64,000 nt of DNA from Clostridia bacterium (GCA_003249555.1 QKIQ01000067.1:27835-91834), one strand, 5' to 3'. Counted from the first letter of the stretch, positions 49,771 to 60,985 are shown. Notes: generated by a model from the sequence alone, not told the origin. Numbers and translations are program-made.

Positions 49771-50799
49771 TTGATTCCTTTGAATGAAATTACGCAGAGC
49801 CGGGACGATGAACTTCGGGGAAAGACAAAAACGGCCGAAAAAAAGAAAAAAAGGATACCCGTAGCGGCAGCCATTGTCATTGATTTGATTATCGCCGCAT
49901 TGGCGATGTATATTTTTTCGCTTTACTATTTTCTGCTGCCTCAGGATTTAAGCGAAAATGCGCAGATGTTGCCAGTGAAGACCGGCAACGCGCCTAAAGC
50001 GACAGCCTCTGAAGAGGAGCCTGCGCTGACGGCAGTTCAGGATGATTCCATGTGGGGAGAAAAATTCCCGGGGCTTTTTACAAACGGCGCAGTAGAAAAA
50101 ACCGAAAACTCTTATAAAAGCGCCAATATCAGCATCACCATAGAGAAGTATCAATCGGATGGCATTGCCTATTATGTTTCAGACATTTATCTTAAGGACA
50201 TCGCGTTTTTTAAGACGGCTTTTGCCAAAGGCAAGTACGGCAAGGGACTGCACGATGGGACAGATGTCATCGCGGCTCAGAATAATGCGATACTCGCGAT
50301 CAACGGCGATTACTATGGCAGCAACGCAGGGCCTGTGGTGCGAAACGGTGTGCTGTATCGCGAAGAGACATATAAGGATGTGCTGGTGATGAATAACGAC
50401 GGCAGCATGCAGACGCTGACAGCTTCTGAGTTTGATATGAAAAGAATTAAAACGGAAGGCGCGTATCAGATATGGACTTTTGGCCCCATGCTGCTTAAAG
50501 ACGGCCAATCCATGACCAAATTCAACTCGGACCTGACACGCGCAAACCCGCGTACGGCGATCGGCTATTACGAGCCCGGTCACTACTGCTTTGTGGTGGC
50601 AGACGGACGTCAGCCGGGATATTCCAACGGCATGACGCTTCAGCAGTTATCTCAGCTCTTTTATCGCCTCGGATGCGCCGCTGCCTATAATCTGGACGGC
50701 GGACAGTCCTCTGAAATGGTGTTTCTTGACGGTTTTGTTAACCAACCATATAAAGGCGGGCGCAGTGTCAGCGATATCGTTTTTATTGCGGATGAATAA
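49771..50799 (+). CDS. Membrane-anchored phosphodiester glycosidase (NAGPA) family protein
   Basis: N-term TM; AINGDYY, VRNG, FGPML, NPRTAIG, DGR, AYNLDGGQS. Confidence 0.88.
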   Translation: MIPLNEITQSRDDELRGKTKTAEKKKKRIPVAAAIVIDLIIAALAMYIFSLYYFLLPQDLSENAQMLPVKTGNAPKATASEEEPALTAVQDDSMWGEKFPGLFTNGAVEKTENSYKSANISITIEKYQSDGIAYYVSDIYLKDIAFFKTAFAKGKYGKGLHDGTDVIAAQNNAILAINGDYYGSNAGPVVRNGVLYREETYKDVLVMNNDGSMQTLTASEFDMKRIKTEGAYQIWTFGPMLLKDGQSMTKFNSDLTRANPRTAIGYYEPGHYCFVVADGRQPGYSNGMTLQQLSQLFYRLGCAAAYNLDGGQSSEMVFLDGFVNQPYKGGRSVSDIVFIADE

Positions 50800-50809
50800 G
50801 GAGAAGATT

Positions 50810-50998
50810 ATGGTCAAAAAGCTCATTCCCCATATTTGCATCATTCTTTCGGTTATGCTGCTCACGTTTTATGTCGTGGATAAGTTTAACCCGGGTATGA
50901 ACTTTGTGGGTAACAATTTCTTTAAAATGCTGCTGGTGCTGGGTGGCATTGCGGCGATCATTACCGCCGGATTTTTGATAGCGGCGAACAGAAAATAA
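50810..50998 (+). CDS. Small two-TM protein (paralogue of 32981..33193)
   Basis: RBS AAGGAG; PHICIILS..DKFNPGMNFVGN. Confidence 0.78.
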   Translation: MVKKLIPHICIILSVMLLTFYVVDKFNPGMNFVGNNFFKMLLVLGGIAAIITAGFLIAANRK

Positions 50999-51415
50999 TA
51001 AGAGAGCGTAGACACATTTTTTTTGCTTCAAGCGGATGTTTCTGTGTTCTCAAACGGCCGCTTTATACGAGATGGCATGTGTTTTTATGCATTTTGTTCA
51101 TTTATTGTATCCGAACCCGTAACGAATTCTCGTTTGTTAATGATATATGTGCTTATAATAGAAAATCACCAAAATTAAAAATAGCCGAAAAAATGGGGAC
51201 AAACCTGCAAACATTGTGAAATAATAAGCAATCAAAGTATTTACTGATACGCTGTTTAGATGGTATAATTGAAAAATACGCAGGAATTAAAAAAAAAACT
51301 TTCATTAGGGGATTCATTTTTAGGAAAAAAACAGTTATAATAAGAGTACTACGGTTTTCTAACGAATCAAAAGGAAATTTTGATTTTTAAAAAATTCAAA
51401 AATGAGGTGAGAGTT

Positions 51416-53218
51416 ATGACAACGAACAAAAAACTTTTGGCATGGATAGACGAAGTGGCCGATCTGTGCCAGCCGGACCAGGTTTACTGGTGCGACGGAT
51501 CCGAAGAAGAAAATGAGAGATTATTTCAAGAGATGGTAGACTCCGGTGCGACGATAAAGCTGGATGAGAAAAAGCGCCCGGGAAGCTATCTGTTCCGCAG
51601 CGACCCGTCCGACGTGGCGCGCGTTGAGAACAGAACGTTTATATCTTCCAGAAAAGAAGAAGATGCCGGCCCTACGAACAACTGGATTGATCCCGATGAA
51701 TTAAAAAAGACAATGACGTCGCTTTACAAGGGCTGCATGAAGGGAAGAACGCTATACGTGATTCCGTTCTCAATGGGCCCGATAGGCTCTCCGATTTCTA
51801 AAATTGGCATAGAAATCACGGACAGCCCTTATGTTGTGACAAATATGCGCGTTATGACCCGCATGGGTCAAGCGGTGCTCGATGTGCTGGGCGACGGCGA
51901 GTTTGTACCGTGCCTGCATTCTGTGGGAGCGCCCTTAGAAGAAGGCCAGAAGGATGTGCCGTGGCCGTGCGCACCGATTGAAGAAAAATATATCAGCCAT
52001 TTCCCCGAAGACAGAATGATCTGGTCTTACGGTTCCGGTTACGGCGGCAACGCGCTGCTCGGCAAAAAGTGCTTCGCGCTGCGTATCGCTTCCGTGCAGG
52101 CAAGAGACGAGGGATGGATGGCTGAGCACATGCTGATCCTCAAACTGACCAGCCCTGAGGGCAAGGTGAAATATGTGACAGGTGCTTTCCCGAGCGCTTG
52201 CGGCAAAACAAACCTCGCCATGCTGATTCCCACAATTCCCGGTTGGAAGGTAGAGACCATCGGGGACGATATCGCATGGATGAAGTTCGGCGAAGACGGA
52301 CGTCTGTACGCCATCAATCCAGAATACGGATTTTTCGGCGTGGCGCCCGGTACGTCGATGGATTCCAACCCCAACGCCATGCACAGCACTGATAAGAATT
52401 CGATATTCACAAACGTTGCACTGACAGACGACGGGGATGTGTGGTGGGAAGGCATCGGTTACGACGCGCCGGATCACCTGATCGACTGGAAGGGCAAAGA
52501 CTGGGCGCCGGGTTCCGAGACGCCTTCTGCTCATCCCAATGCGCGTTTTACAGCGCCTGCAGGGCAGTGCCCCGCGATTGCGCCTGAATGGGAAGATCCC
52601 AAGGGTGTGCCGATCGATGCGATACTCATTGGCGGACGTCGTCCGAGCACGATTCCGCTTGTTCATGAAAGCTTTAACTGGCAGCACGGTGTGTTCCTCG
52701 GCTCCATCATGGGTTCCGAGATAACAGCTGCGGCTATTTCCGCGAAGATCGGTCAGGTTCGCCGCGATCCGTTTGCCATGCTTCCGTTCATTGGCTACAA
52801 CGTCTGCGATTACTTGCAGCACTGGCTTGAAATCGGTGAAGCGACGGATGCCGATAAGCTGCCGAAAATCTTCTACGTCAACTGGTTCCGTAAGGACAAA
52901 GACGGCAAGTGGCTGTGGCCGGGATTCGGTGAGAACAGCCGCGTGCTCAAATGGATTTTCGAGCGTGTGGACGGCACGGGCAAAGCGGACAAGACAGCCA
53001 TCGGCTATATGCCTTCAAAGGACGCTCTGGATATATCCGGGCTTGATGTCAGCGAAGCTGATATGGCTGAACTGCTCAAAATTGAGAAGGACGAATGGCT
53101 TGCTGAAGTTGAATCAATCAAAGATCATTATGCCAAGTACAACGATCAGGCTAAGAAAATGCCCAAGGCTCTGGAAGACGAATTGGCAGCTCTCGAAGCG
53201 AGAATCAGCAGTCTGTAG
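51416..53218 (+). CDS. pckG: Phosphoenolpyruvate carboxykinase (GTP)
   Basis: [39 protein letters not shown]. Confidence 0.96.
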   Translation: MTTNKKLLAWIDEVADLCQPDQVYWCDGSEEENERLFQEMVDSGATIKLDEKKRPGSYLFRSDPSDVARVENRTFISSRKEEDAGPTNNWIDPDELKKTMTSLYKGCMKGRTLYVIPFSMGPIGSPISKIGIEITDSPYVVTNMRVMTRMGQAVLDVLGDGEFVPCLHSVGAPLEEGQKDVPWPCAPIEEKYISHFPEDRMIWSYGSGYGGNALLGKKCFALRIASVQARDEGWMAEHMLILKLTSPEGKVKYVTGAFPSACGKTNLAMLIPTIPGWKVETIGDDIAWMKFGEDGRLYAINPEYGFFGVAPGTSMDSNPNAMHSTDKNSIFTNVALTDDGDVWWEGIGYDAPDHLIDWKGKDWAPGSETPSAHPNARFTAPAGQCPAIAPEWEDPKGVPIDAILIGGRRPSTIPLVHESFNWQHGVFLGSIMGSEITAAAISAKIGQVRRDPFAMLPFIGYNVCDYLQHWLEIGEATDADKLPKIFYVNWFRKDKDGKWLWPGFGENSRVLKWIFERVDGTGKADKTAIGYMPSKDALDISGLDVSEADMAELLKIEKDEWLAEVESIKDHYAKYNDQAKKMPKALEDELAALEARISSL

Positions 53219-53382
53219 GTCGCCTGTAAAGTTTCGTTTTAAACGTGAAGGTCGGTATCATTTATTTGATGCCGGCTTTTTTTTTACGTCAAACCGTTAA
53301 AAAAGCCAATGTTGCAAATTTCCTCTTGCTATTATGTGTAATTAATGGCTTAATGAAACTATATAGGTGGAGGGATACATTT

Positions 53383-53571
53383 ATGACTGTAATTACGAAA
53401 CGAGGCCGCGTATATAAAATGGTCGGCACATGGGACGGTGATCTGGTGTTCGCGCCGGAAGACGGGCTGGACGATCAGGTCATGATCTATTCGAAGGATG
53501 AGGTCGATGAACTGCTGAAGCAGGGCAAGTTTTATGATGTGACAACAGGGCAGAGTGCCTATCCAAACTAA
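53383..53571 (+). CDS. Small hypothetical protein (62 aa)
   Basis: RBS GGAGGG; protein-like composition MTVITKRGRVYKMVGTWDGDLVFAP... Confidence 0.65.
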   Translation: MTVITKRGRVYKMVGTWDGDLVFAPEDGLDDQVMIYSKDEVDELLKQGKFYDVTTGQSAYPN

Positions 53572-53806
53572 AAGATTGATCATAAACTAAGTGCAATTTT
53601 CCCATATCAATACGTTCTGTGGGCATATCATTACGTTTTACTAATCGGAGCCAGCTATTATATTATATCCAATGTACTTTCGTGATGAGTTTTTGTCTTT
53701 GATTTTTTGCGTATAATTGCTATCATAGTCTTGCGCGGCATAATGATGCAGTATGTTTTTATGTGTTTTATAAAAGCGAGGCTTTCTTTGGTGATTGAAT
53801 GAGGTA

Positions 53807-54718
53807 ATGAACGTGCAAAAAGACGAGGGCGTGAGAATTATCACGATCTGCTTTATCGGCAATATCATATTGCTGCTGCTCAAGGGCACGGTGGGCTTTT
53901 GGGTAGGCAGCGAAGCGCTCAAGGCCGATGCGTTTAACTCGGCGGGCGATGTCATCAATACCGTCGTGGTGCTGTTGGGGCTGCGTTATGCGCTAAGGCC
54001 CAAAGATAAAACCCATCATTATGGCCACGGCAAGATGGAAGCGCTTGTGTCGTTGCTTGTCGGCGTGGTTGTCGCTGCGGCCACGGGATACATCGTGTAC
54101 GAAGCGGTGAGCGCGATTGTGAAGGGAGAAACAGGACAGCCCAGCGTTTATGCGCTAGGGGCGGCGCTTGTGTCCATCGCAGTAAAAGCTGTGATGTTCA
54201 AGATCACGTATTCGGCTGCTAAACGCCTGAACTCTATTGCTGTGATGACGAACGCGATGGACCACCGCAACGACCTTTTTGCGACATCCGGAGCGGCTTT
54301 GGCGATCGGACTGTCCTTTGTCGGTCAGTTTTTTGGGATAAACGCTTTTACTGTTTATTCGGAACCCATCGTGGCCATACTCATCTGCGGTGTCATTATC
54401 AAAACCGCCGTATCCATTATCACACAAGCCAGCCAGATGCTGCTGGACGCAGCGCCCGATGACGAGACGATGCAAACGATGCAACAGCTTGCTGCTTCGG
54501 CAGCCGGTGTGAAAGCGTTAAGCTGGCTCAAATGCCGCCGCATGGGGCGCGGGCTGCTTGTGGACGCTGCCATTGAGGTCAGCGGCAGCATCAGCGTGAG
54601 CGAGGGACATACGATTGCCGACGCGGCGCGAGACGCCATCCGCGGCGTGTTTCCGGAGGTCATCGATGTGGTGGTTCACGTTAATCCGGCAAAAGCGGAT
54701 GATTCAGGTAAATTATAA
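53807..54718 (+). CDS. Cation diffusion facilitator transporter
   Basis: ADAFNSAGD, HHYGHGK, DHRND, VHVNP. Confidence 0.9.
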   Translation: MNVQKDEGVRIITICFIGNIILLLLKGTVGFWVGSEALKADAFNSAGDVINTVVVLLGLRYALRPKDKTHHYGHGKMEALVSLLVGVVVAAATGYIVYEAVSAIVKGETGQPSVYALGAALVSIAVKAVMFKITYSAAKRLNSIAVMTNAMDHRNDLFATSGAALAIGLSFVGQFFGINAFTVYSEPIVAILICGVIIKTAVSIITQASQMLLDAAPDDETMQTMQQLAASAAGVKALSWLKCRRMGRGLLVDAAIEVSGSISVSEGHTIADAARDAIRGVFPEVIDVVVHVNPAKADDSGKL

Positions 54719-54751
54719 GATACTCTCAAGGTATAAAACGTTTGGATACAA

Positions 54752-54780
54752 TCATATGCGTTCGCTTCTCCTAATATATT
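54752..54780 (+). promoter_or_regulatory. Putative sigma-E promoter of gerM
   Basis: TCATATG-14bp-AATATATT. Confidence 0.55.
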
Positions 54781-54811
54781 TATAAAAAAGCAAATAGGGG
54801 GAGGAACGGGT

Positions 54812-55777
54812 ATGCTGAAAAGAGCATTGGCCGCGCTGTTCGCGATATTCTTGGTTTTTGGACTGGTTGGATGCGGCGGCGCGAAGGATGAAGAACCATA
54901 TGAAGAAATACCGGCGGCCAATATAGAGGATACTGACGCCGATATGAGAGATACCATTCTTTATCTCGAGGACGATTACGGTTATATCGTGCCAGTGATG
55001 AAGCAGATAGAGTGGGTGGAAGGCATCGGCGCCGCCACCGTATCGCAGCTGATAGCGGATTCGAATGTGGATTCACAGTTGGAATACTTAGGGCTCAATC
55101 CGATACTTGCCGAGGGCACGGAGCTTAGCCTTTCAATTACGGAAGGCGTGGCCACAATCCAGCTCAGCAAAGGCGCATTGGCCGCGGAGGACGCGGTGGG
55201 CGAATTAAACAAAGTGGTGGCGCTTGTCAACACATTAACCGAGTTCTCTACGATCGATAAGGTCAACATTCGTCAGGATGGCTGTGGGGATACGCTTCCG
55301 CTCGGTACGGATATCAGCGCGGCATTTGGTGCATTTGATTTAAATGTGATGAGCTCGCTGTCTGAACAAGACAAGGAGAACGCATCCAAACTGCTGCTTT
55401 ATTTTGTGAACGAAGCGGAAACGGCCATAGTGCCAGTAACCAAATATGTGGGCGGTCAGGCGGATGCTTTTGCGGCAATGAGTGAGCTTGTGAAAGGCCC
55501 CGGAGAGGGCGGCCTTAGGAGCCCGTTCCCTGAAGGGACTGAGTTGCTCGGTGTGACGGTGGATGACAACGGCGTGGCTTCTGTCAACTTCTCCGAAGAG
55601 TTTAAAACCATTGGCGAAACGCCAGAGAGGGAAAAAGCGTTGATACGCTGCATCGTGCTGTCGCTGATGCAGTTTGACAATATCGACGAGGCGCGTATAC
55701 TGGTGGATGGAAATGAATACTCATCCACATCACAGACAACGATGGCAACACCGGAGTTTGTCAATACATTGGAATAA
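54812..55777 (+). CDS. gerM: Sporulation/germination lipoprotein GerM (two GerMN domains)
   Basis: Lipobox LVGC; LVNTLTEF, LVKGP, NFSEEF; upstream of rph. Confidence 0.85.
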   Translation: MLKRALAALFAIFLVFGLVGCGGAKDEEPYEEIPAANIEDTDADMRDTILYLEDDYGYIVPVMKQIEWVEGIGAATVSQLIADSNVDSQLEYLGLNPILAEGTELSLSITEGVATIQLSKGALAAEDAVGELNKVVALVNTLTEFSTIDKVNIRQDGCGDTLPLGTDISAAFGAFDLNVMSSLSEQDKENASKLLLYFVNEAETAIVPVTKYVGGQADAFAAMSELVKGPGEGGLRSPFPEGTELLGVTVDDNGVASVNFSEEFKTIGETPEREKALIRCIVLSLMQFDNIDEARILVDGNEYSSTSQTTMATPEFVNTLE

Positions 55778-55792
55778 AGGAATGATAAACAA

Positions 55793-56503
55793 ATGATAAG
55801 AGGAGATGGCCGTAAAGAAACGCAGCTTAGGCCGTTAACAATAAAAAAAGCTTATTTGAAAAACGCACACGGCAGCGCGCTCGTGTCTTGGGGCGGCACC
55901 ACTGTGCTGTGCACGGCTATGTATGAGGCGGGTGTGCCGCCGTTTCTTGAGAACACGGGCAAGGGTTGGCTCACGGCGGAATATGCGATGCTGCCCGCGA
56001 GTACGCCGATGCGAAAGCCGCGAGAGACCAAACGGCCCGACGGGCGCAGTACCGAAATCGGGCGGCTGATCGGCCGCTGTCTGCGTTGCGCTGTGGATTT
56101 AAAACTGATGCCTGGAGTCACGATTCATATCGACTGCGACGTGATGGACGCGGACGGGGGAACACGCACGGCAGGCATCACAGGCGGCTATGTGGCACTG
56201 TGCGAATGCGTGCAAAAAATGATCGCGGACGGCGTGATTCAATCGTCCCCGGTGCTGAACGGTATTGCCGCTGTGAGCTGCGGTATTGTGGATGCGCAGT
56301 GTGTGCTGGATTTAAACTATGAGGAAGACAGTCGGGCGGCTGCGGATGTTAACGTGGTGATGTCGCATGGCGGCGGGTTTATCGAGGTTCAGGGTACAGG
56401 CGAAAAGCGCCCGATTCTGCCGGAGGAGTTCGGTGAGCTGCTCGGGTACGCAGCACAGGGCATCGCAGAGATACAAAAGATACAGGAGGCAGCGCTTACG
56501 TGA
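55793..56503 (+). CDS. rph: Ribonuclease PH
   Basis: GWLTAEYAMLP, GRSTEIGRLIGR, ADGGTRTA, EVQGTGE. Confidence 0.95.
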   Translation: MIRGDGRKETQLRPLTIKKAYLKNAHGSALVSWGGTTVLCTAMYEAGVPPFLENTGKGWLTAEYAMLPASTPMRKPRETKRPDGRSTEIGRLIGRCLRCAVDLKLMPGVTIHIDCDVMDADGGTRTAGITGGYVALCECVQKMIADGVIQSSPVLNGIAAVSCGIVDAQCVLDLNYEEDSRAAADVNVVMSHGGGFIEVQGTGEKRPILPEEFGELLGYAAQGIAEIQKIQEAALT

Positions 56504-57081
56504 TGGGCAGACTGTTGATTGCGACGAACAATCAGGGTAAGGTGAAGGAAATCAAAGCGATACTTGGCAACTTTTACGATGAGATTGTATCGCTGAAGGA
56601 TGCGGGCATCGATCTGGAGGTCGTGGAAGACGGAGACAGCTTCGAGGCCAACGCGGTAAAAAAAGCGCGAGAAGCAGCGCAGGTTGCCGGCTGCGACGCG
56701 CTGGCCGATGATTCGGGGCTTTGTGTCGATGCGCTGGACGGTGCGCCGGGCGTTTACTCCGCAAGATATGCGGGCGAGAACGCGACAGACGAAGACAATA
56801 ACGAAAAACTGCTAAAAAAACTGGAAGGTGTGACGGCCCGCGGCGCGCGCTTTGTGAGTGTGGTGGCGCTCGTGTCGGGCGATAATGTGACGACGGCATG
56901 CGGCGAGGTGTGCGGCGTGATTTCGCATGAGCCGTCGGGAAATGGCGGGTTTGGCTATGACCCGCTGTTTTTTGTACAGAAGCTGGGACAAACCTTTGCG
57001 GAAATTCCTTTGGAAATCAAGAACAGCCTGAGCCACCGTGCGCGTGCGCTTGAGGCGCTCAAACAAAAACTCGGGAAATGA
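56500..57081 (+). CDS. rdgB: XTP/dITP diphosphatase
   Basis: ATNNQGK, ADDSGL, GFGYDP, SHR. Confidence 0.95.
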   Translation: MMGRLLIATNNQGKVKEIKAILGNFYDEIVSLKDAGIDLEVVEDGDSFEANAVKKAREAAQVAGCDALADDSGLCVDALDGAPGVYSARYAGENATDEDNNEKLLKKLEGVTARGARFVSVVALVSGDNVTTACGEVCGVISHEPSGNGGFGYDPLFFVQKLGQTFAEIPLEIKNSLSHRARALEALKQKLGK

Positions 57082-57551
57082 AAAAGATACTGATTATAAG
57101 CGATACACATGGTGTCAAGATCAAGATGTCCGCGGCTGTTCACCGCTTTTCGGATGTGGATATGATCGTTCATCTTGGGGACTACAGCCGCGATGCCGAT
57201 TATATCCGCAAGCTGACGGACAAGCCTTTTTACAACGTGCGCGGCAACTGCGATTTAGGCTCGGCGGCGGAGGACGAGCTTTTGATATCCGTCGAAGGTG
57301 TGAAAATCCTTATGGTTCACGGGCATAGGCAACAAGTCAAATCCTCGCTGCTGGGGCTTTCGTTGTACGCGCAGGAAAAGGAAGCGGATGTCGCTCTTTT
57401 CGGGCACACGCATATTCCGACTGAGCAATATCATCAGAACGTGCTGCTCTATAATCCGGGCAGCCTTGGTGAGCCGCGCGGCATGCGTCCGACGGTCGGC
57501 TTGATGAGTGTCGAACAAGGAACCGTGCGTGTTTCCACGGTGAAACTATAG
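57078..57551 (+). CDS. YfcE/YsnB metallophosphoesterase
   Basis: SDTH, HLGD, RGNCD, HGH, GHTH, NPGS. Confidence 0.92.
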   Translation: MKKILIISDTHGVKIKMSAAVHRFSDVDMIVHLGDYSRDADYIRKLTDKPFYNVRGNCDLGSAAEDELLISVEGVKILMVHGHRQQVKSSLLGLSLYAQEKEADVALFGHTHIPTEQYHQNVLLYNPGSLGEPRGMRPTVGLMSVEQGTVRVSTVKL

Positions 57552-57560
57552 GAGAAAAAA

Positions 57561-58028
57561 ATGATTCGTTATGATTCGGCGGTGCTGATAACCAAAAATG
57601 TTGAAGTCATGAAAAGCTTTTATGTAAATGTGCTGCGTCAGCCGCTTCGTTTTGATTTCGGCCGCTGCCAGATACTCGAGTGCGGCATCGCCATATGGGA
57701 TATTGATGCGAATGACCCTGCTATGACGGCGCCCGGCATCGGCAAGGGACAAAACAGCCGCCTGGAGCTTTGCTTCGATACGGAGGAATTTGAGGAAGAC
57801 GTGGCGCATATTATGTCGCACAACCCCAAGATGCTTCATGGCGTGGCCGAAGAAGCGTGGGGACAGCGCACCATCCGCTTTTTTGACCCGGACGTCAACT
57901 TGATTGAGCTTGGTGAAAGCATCCCGTGCTTTTGCAGACGGTTTTACAGGGAAGGCATGGCGGTGCAGCAGGTGGCTCAGAAAACAGGTGTGGATATCGA
58001 CAAGGTGAAGGAATACGTTGGCGTTTGA
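57561..58028 (+). CDS. VOC/glyoxalase family protein with C-terminal helical extension
   Basis: FYVNVL, ELCF, WGQRTIRFFDPD.NLIE. Confidence 0.85.
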   Translation: MIRYDSAVLITKNVEVMKSFYVNVLRQPLRFDFGRCQILECGIAIWDIDANDPAMTAPGIGKGQNSRLELCFDTEEFEEDVAHIMSHNPKMLHGVAEEAWGQRTIRFFDPDVNLIELGESIPCFCRRFYREGMAVQQVAQKTGVDIDKVKEYVGV

Positions 58029-58289
58029 CGCCGACGAACCGATAAATGATAATTCGCACGGGCGGCCTGTGGTCGCCTTTTTCGGTTTTTTAAGATATCC
58101 GAAGGCAACCAACAATCATTGCGCTTAAATCAATGCTAGGAATTTTCAGTTCGCTTAGCGGCCTCATTTCATTTACTTCCCGCGTTCTTTTTCATTTTAC
58201 GCTATATTCTTTTTTTTACAGTGCGCAGTTCTACAATATATCAAGTGACAGTACCTATATAATATGCCCATCATAAAAAAAAGGGTCTG

Positions 58290-59327
58290 ATGGGGTTGCA
58301 AAAGGTCTATATTGAGCTGGTGTTTTTAGATAATTTTGTTGTCAATACGCTCATCATACTGCTTGCGTCACGGCTCACAAAAACGCCTGTCAAATGGGGT
58401 CGGTTCTGTATCGCGGCCGCCTTGGGCGGCATATACGGGTGCTTTGCGGTGGGGTTCAGTGGATGGCTGGAGATGCTTGCGGTCAAAATCGCTGCCGGTT
58501 TTGCCATGTGTTTCGTTGCGTTTCGGCAGCGCGGCGAGCGTGGATTTTGGAAAAACGTGTGCGCGTTCTGGGCGTCGTCGTTTGTGCTCGCAGGGGCAAT
58601 CTACGCGTGTATGATCAGCTTTGGAGAGCCTGCCGCAATTGGTGGCGCAGTCATCGTGCGGCCGCCCGTGCGCTTTATACTCTTGGGGCTTTGTGTGGGC
58701 GCTGTGCTCACAAATTTGCTTGCCAGCGTCAAGCGTATGGTGCTCAAAAGGGAAAGCCAAACAGCCATGCTCAAGCTAACGCTCGGGGAGACGCAAATCG
58801 CAGTGAAAGCATTCGTTGATACAGGCAATTTAGTGCGCGACCCGCTCTCGAAACAAAGTGTGATTTTTTTAAGCCATGCGGCTGCGCGGGAACTGCTTGG
58901 GTATAAGCTCTATTCAATAATAACAGAGGAAACACTAACGCCGACAGACCGTCTGCGTATCGTGCCGTATGCCACTGCGGCAGGGCAGGGCATTTTTTAT
59001 GGCATTGAGATCGATGAGGTGATGCTTCAGGGTGAATATAAGAAATCACGCTCCGTTGTGTGTATCTCAAAAAGGCCGCTGTCAAGCGGCTGCCGCGCTA
59101 TTGTGGGTACTGAGCTATTGGATAAACTGAAGGAAGGAGCACATAATGAGGACGCTTTGGGTACGAAAACTGATCGCTTGGGTGATGCTGCGAATGGGGC
59201 TGACCGCGAGGGCGGACTACATCAACGGGAGCGAGGCACTGCCGCCGCCGCTGACACGGCAGGAGGAGACAACACTGCTGCAGCTGCTGGGGGAGGGGGA
59301 CAAATCGGTCAGACGCGTACTCATTGA
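58290..59327 (+). CDS. spoIIGA: Pro-sigma-E processing aspartic protease
   Basis: [11 protein letters not shown], 5 TMs, FVDTGN..DP; upstream of sigE. Confidence 0.9.
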   Translation: MGLQKVYIELVFLDNFVVNTLIILLASRLTKTPVKWGRFCIAAALGGIYGCFAVGFSGWLEMLAVKIAAGFAMCFVAFRQRGERGFWKNVCAFWASSFVLAGAIYACMISFGEPAAIGGAVIVRPPVRFILLGLCVGAVLTNLLASVKRMVLKRESQTAMLKLTLGETQIAVKAFVDTGNLVRDPLSKQSVIFLSHAAARELLGYKLYSIITEETLTPTDRLRIVPYATAAGQGIFYGIEIDEVMLQGEYKKSRSVVCISKRPLSSGCRAIVGTELLDKLKEGAHNEDALGTKTDRLGDAANGADREGGLHQRERGTAAAADTAGGDNTAAAAGGGGQIGQTRTH

Positions 59328-59856
59328 ACGCAACCTTCGCCTCGTGGTTTATATAGCGCGCAAGTTTGAAAACACTGGAATCGGCATCGAAGACCTTGTG
59401 TCCATCGGGACGATCGGGCTTATCAAAGCTGTCAACACGTTTGACGTGGATAAAAACATCAAGCTCGCGACCTACGCTTCGCGCTGTATCGAAAACGAGA
59501 TACTTATGTACCTTCGGCGCAACGCCAAGCTGCGCTATGAGGTGTCGTTCGACGAGCCGCTCAATGTGGACTGGGATGGCAATGAACTTCTGTTGTCAGA
59601 TATATTGGGTACCGAGCCGGATGTGGTGTATACCGAGATTGAAGACAGTGTGGAAAAAGACCTGATGCAATCGTGCATTGAAAAGCTCTGTGCGAGGGAA
59701 AAGATGATCATGGAGATGCGCTTTGGCTTAAACGGCCAGAAAGAGCGTACGCAAAAGCAGGTGGCAGATTATCTCGGTATTTCCCAGTCTTACATTTCAC
59801 GGCTGGAAAAAAGAATCATTAAGCAGCTGCGCAGCGACATCAGCAAAATCGTATAA
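59146..59856 (+). CDS. sigE: Sporulation sigma factor E (pro-form)
   Basis: Pro-sequence, [37 protein letters not shown]. Confidence 0.96.
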   Translation: MRTLWVRKLIAWVMLRMGLTARADYINGSEALPPPLTRQEETTLLQLLGEGDKSVRRVLIERNLRLVVYIARKFENTGIGIEDLVSIGTIGLIKAVNTFDVDKNIKLATYASRCIENEILMYLRRNAKLRYEVSFDEPLNVDWDGNELLLSDILGTEPDVVYTEIEDSVEKDLMQSCIEKLCAREKMIMEMRFGLNGQKERTQKQVADYLGISQSYISRLEKRIIKQLRSDISKIV

Positions 59857-59977
59857 TCGTCGGCCTATCGCCGTCAGCTATAGATGAACCCTAAAAATCA
59901 TTGTAAAAAAATAGATGTGCTTTGCTTTGTTTTGGCATTGTGTTATAATTGACGGCAGCAGAGATTGTGGAGGTTTT

Positions 59978-60985
59978 ATGAGAAAGCTCACGCTTTTTGT
60001 TTTGATACTGGCCATGCTGATAGGGGTGGGTGCGTGTGGCGCAAACCCGGCAACGGCCGATATAAGCGCACCGCCGTCCGCTACGCCAAGCGATATAGAC
60101 GAGGTGGAAATGCCGTCCCAAACGCAGATCGGTTTTTCGCTTGCGGGAGAGGGGGCGTTTTATGACCAGCTTGCAAAGGATATTGAGGCGGCCTGTGCCG
60201 CGCTGGATTACAAAGCCAACATCGTCGCGGCAGACAGCGGCGATAAGCAAATAAGCGACATCTCATCGATGCTGAGCGTGGGGGCGGCCGTGATCGTGAT
60301 CGACCCTGTGGAAGTGGATGCGCTGGAAACCGTGCTGGCCGAATGCGAGACGGACGGCGTACCCGTCATCAACATCATCGATTCCATCAACGGCCTTGTG
60401 AGTACGCTGATTTCGCCGGATTATATCGAGATTGGCAAGAGTGCCGGACAGCGTGCGGTATCGCTGTACAAAGAGCAGCAAGGAAAATGTCTGGAGCTCA
60501 AAACCGACTACGACAGCTTTATCATGCAGCTGATGTCGGATGGGTTCAGCAGCGCGATCGGCGAAGATGCCGACGTGACATTGACTGCTGAGAAATATTG
60601 CGGCTATGATGAGGAACAAGCGTATCAGGCCGTCAAAAACGACCTGTCGAATAACGATACGAACTTTATTTTTGCCCAGAGTGCGGAGCTGGCCCGCGGC
60701 GCGATGCGCGCCATTGAGGAAAGCGGCAAAGAAGTGAGCCTCGTGGTGTTCGGCGGTGACATGGATATTATCGAAGCCGTATCTGGTGGTAAAGTCGATA
60801 TGGCGTTGTTTTTAGACACCGCGCAGATTGTGCAAAAGACTGTGGCGGATGCCGACAGCTTCATTAAAAATGAAAGCCATGCGCCCGCGCAATATCAAAA
60901 GCTCGATGTTTTTACGGTCACAGCGGACAACGCGGCCGAATATATAAGCGCTGACAGCCTATATGCCAAAGCGCCTGTGCAATAA
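59978..60985 (+). CDS. Sugar ABC-type substrate-binding lipoprotein (orphan)
   Basis: Lipobox VGAC; RbsB-like IGFSL, QISDI, VIDPV, GVPVI. Confidence 0.82.
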   Translation: MRKLTLFVLILAMLIGVGACGANPATADISAPPSATPSDIDEVEMPSQTQIGFSLAGEGAFYDQLAKDIEAACAALDYKANIVAADSGDKQISDISSMLSVGAAVIVIDPVEVDALETVLAECETDGVPVINIIDSINGLVSTLISPDYIEIGKSAGQRAVSLYKEQQGKCLELKTDYDSFIMQLMSDGFSSAIGEDADVTLTAEKYCGYDEEQAYQAVKNDLSNNDTNFIFAQSAELARGAMRAIEESGKEVSLVVFGGDMDIIEAVSGGKVDMALFLDTAQIVQKTVADADSFIKNESHAPAQYQKLDVFTVTADNAAEYISADSLYAKAPVQ

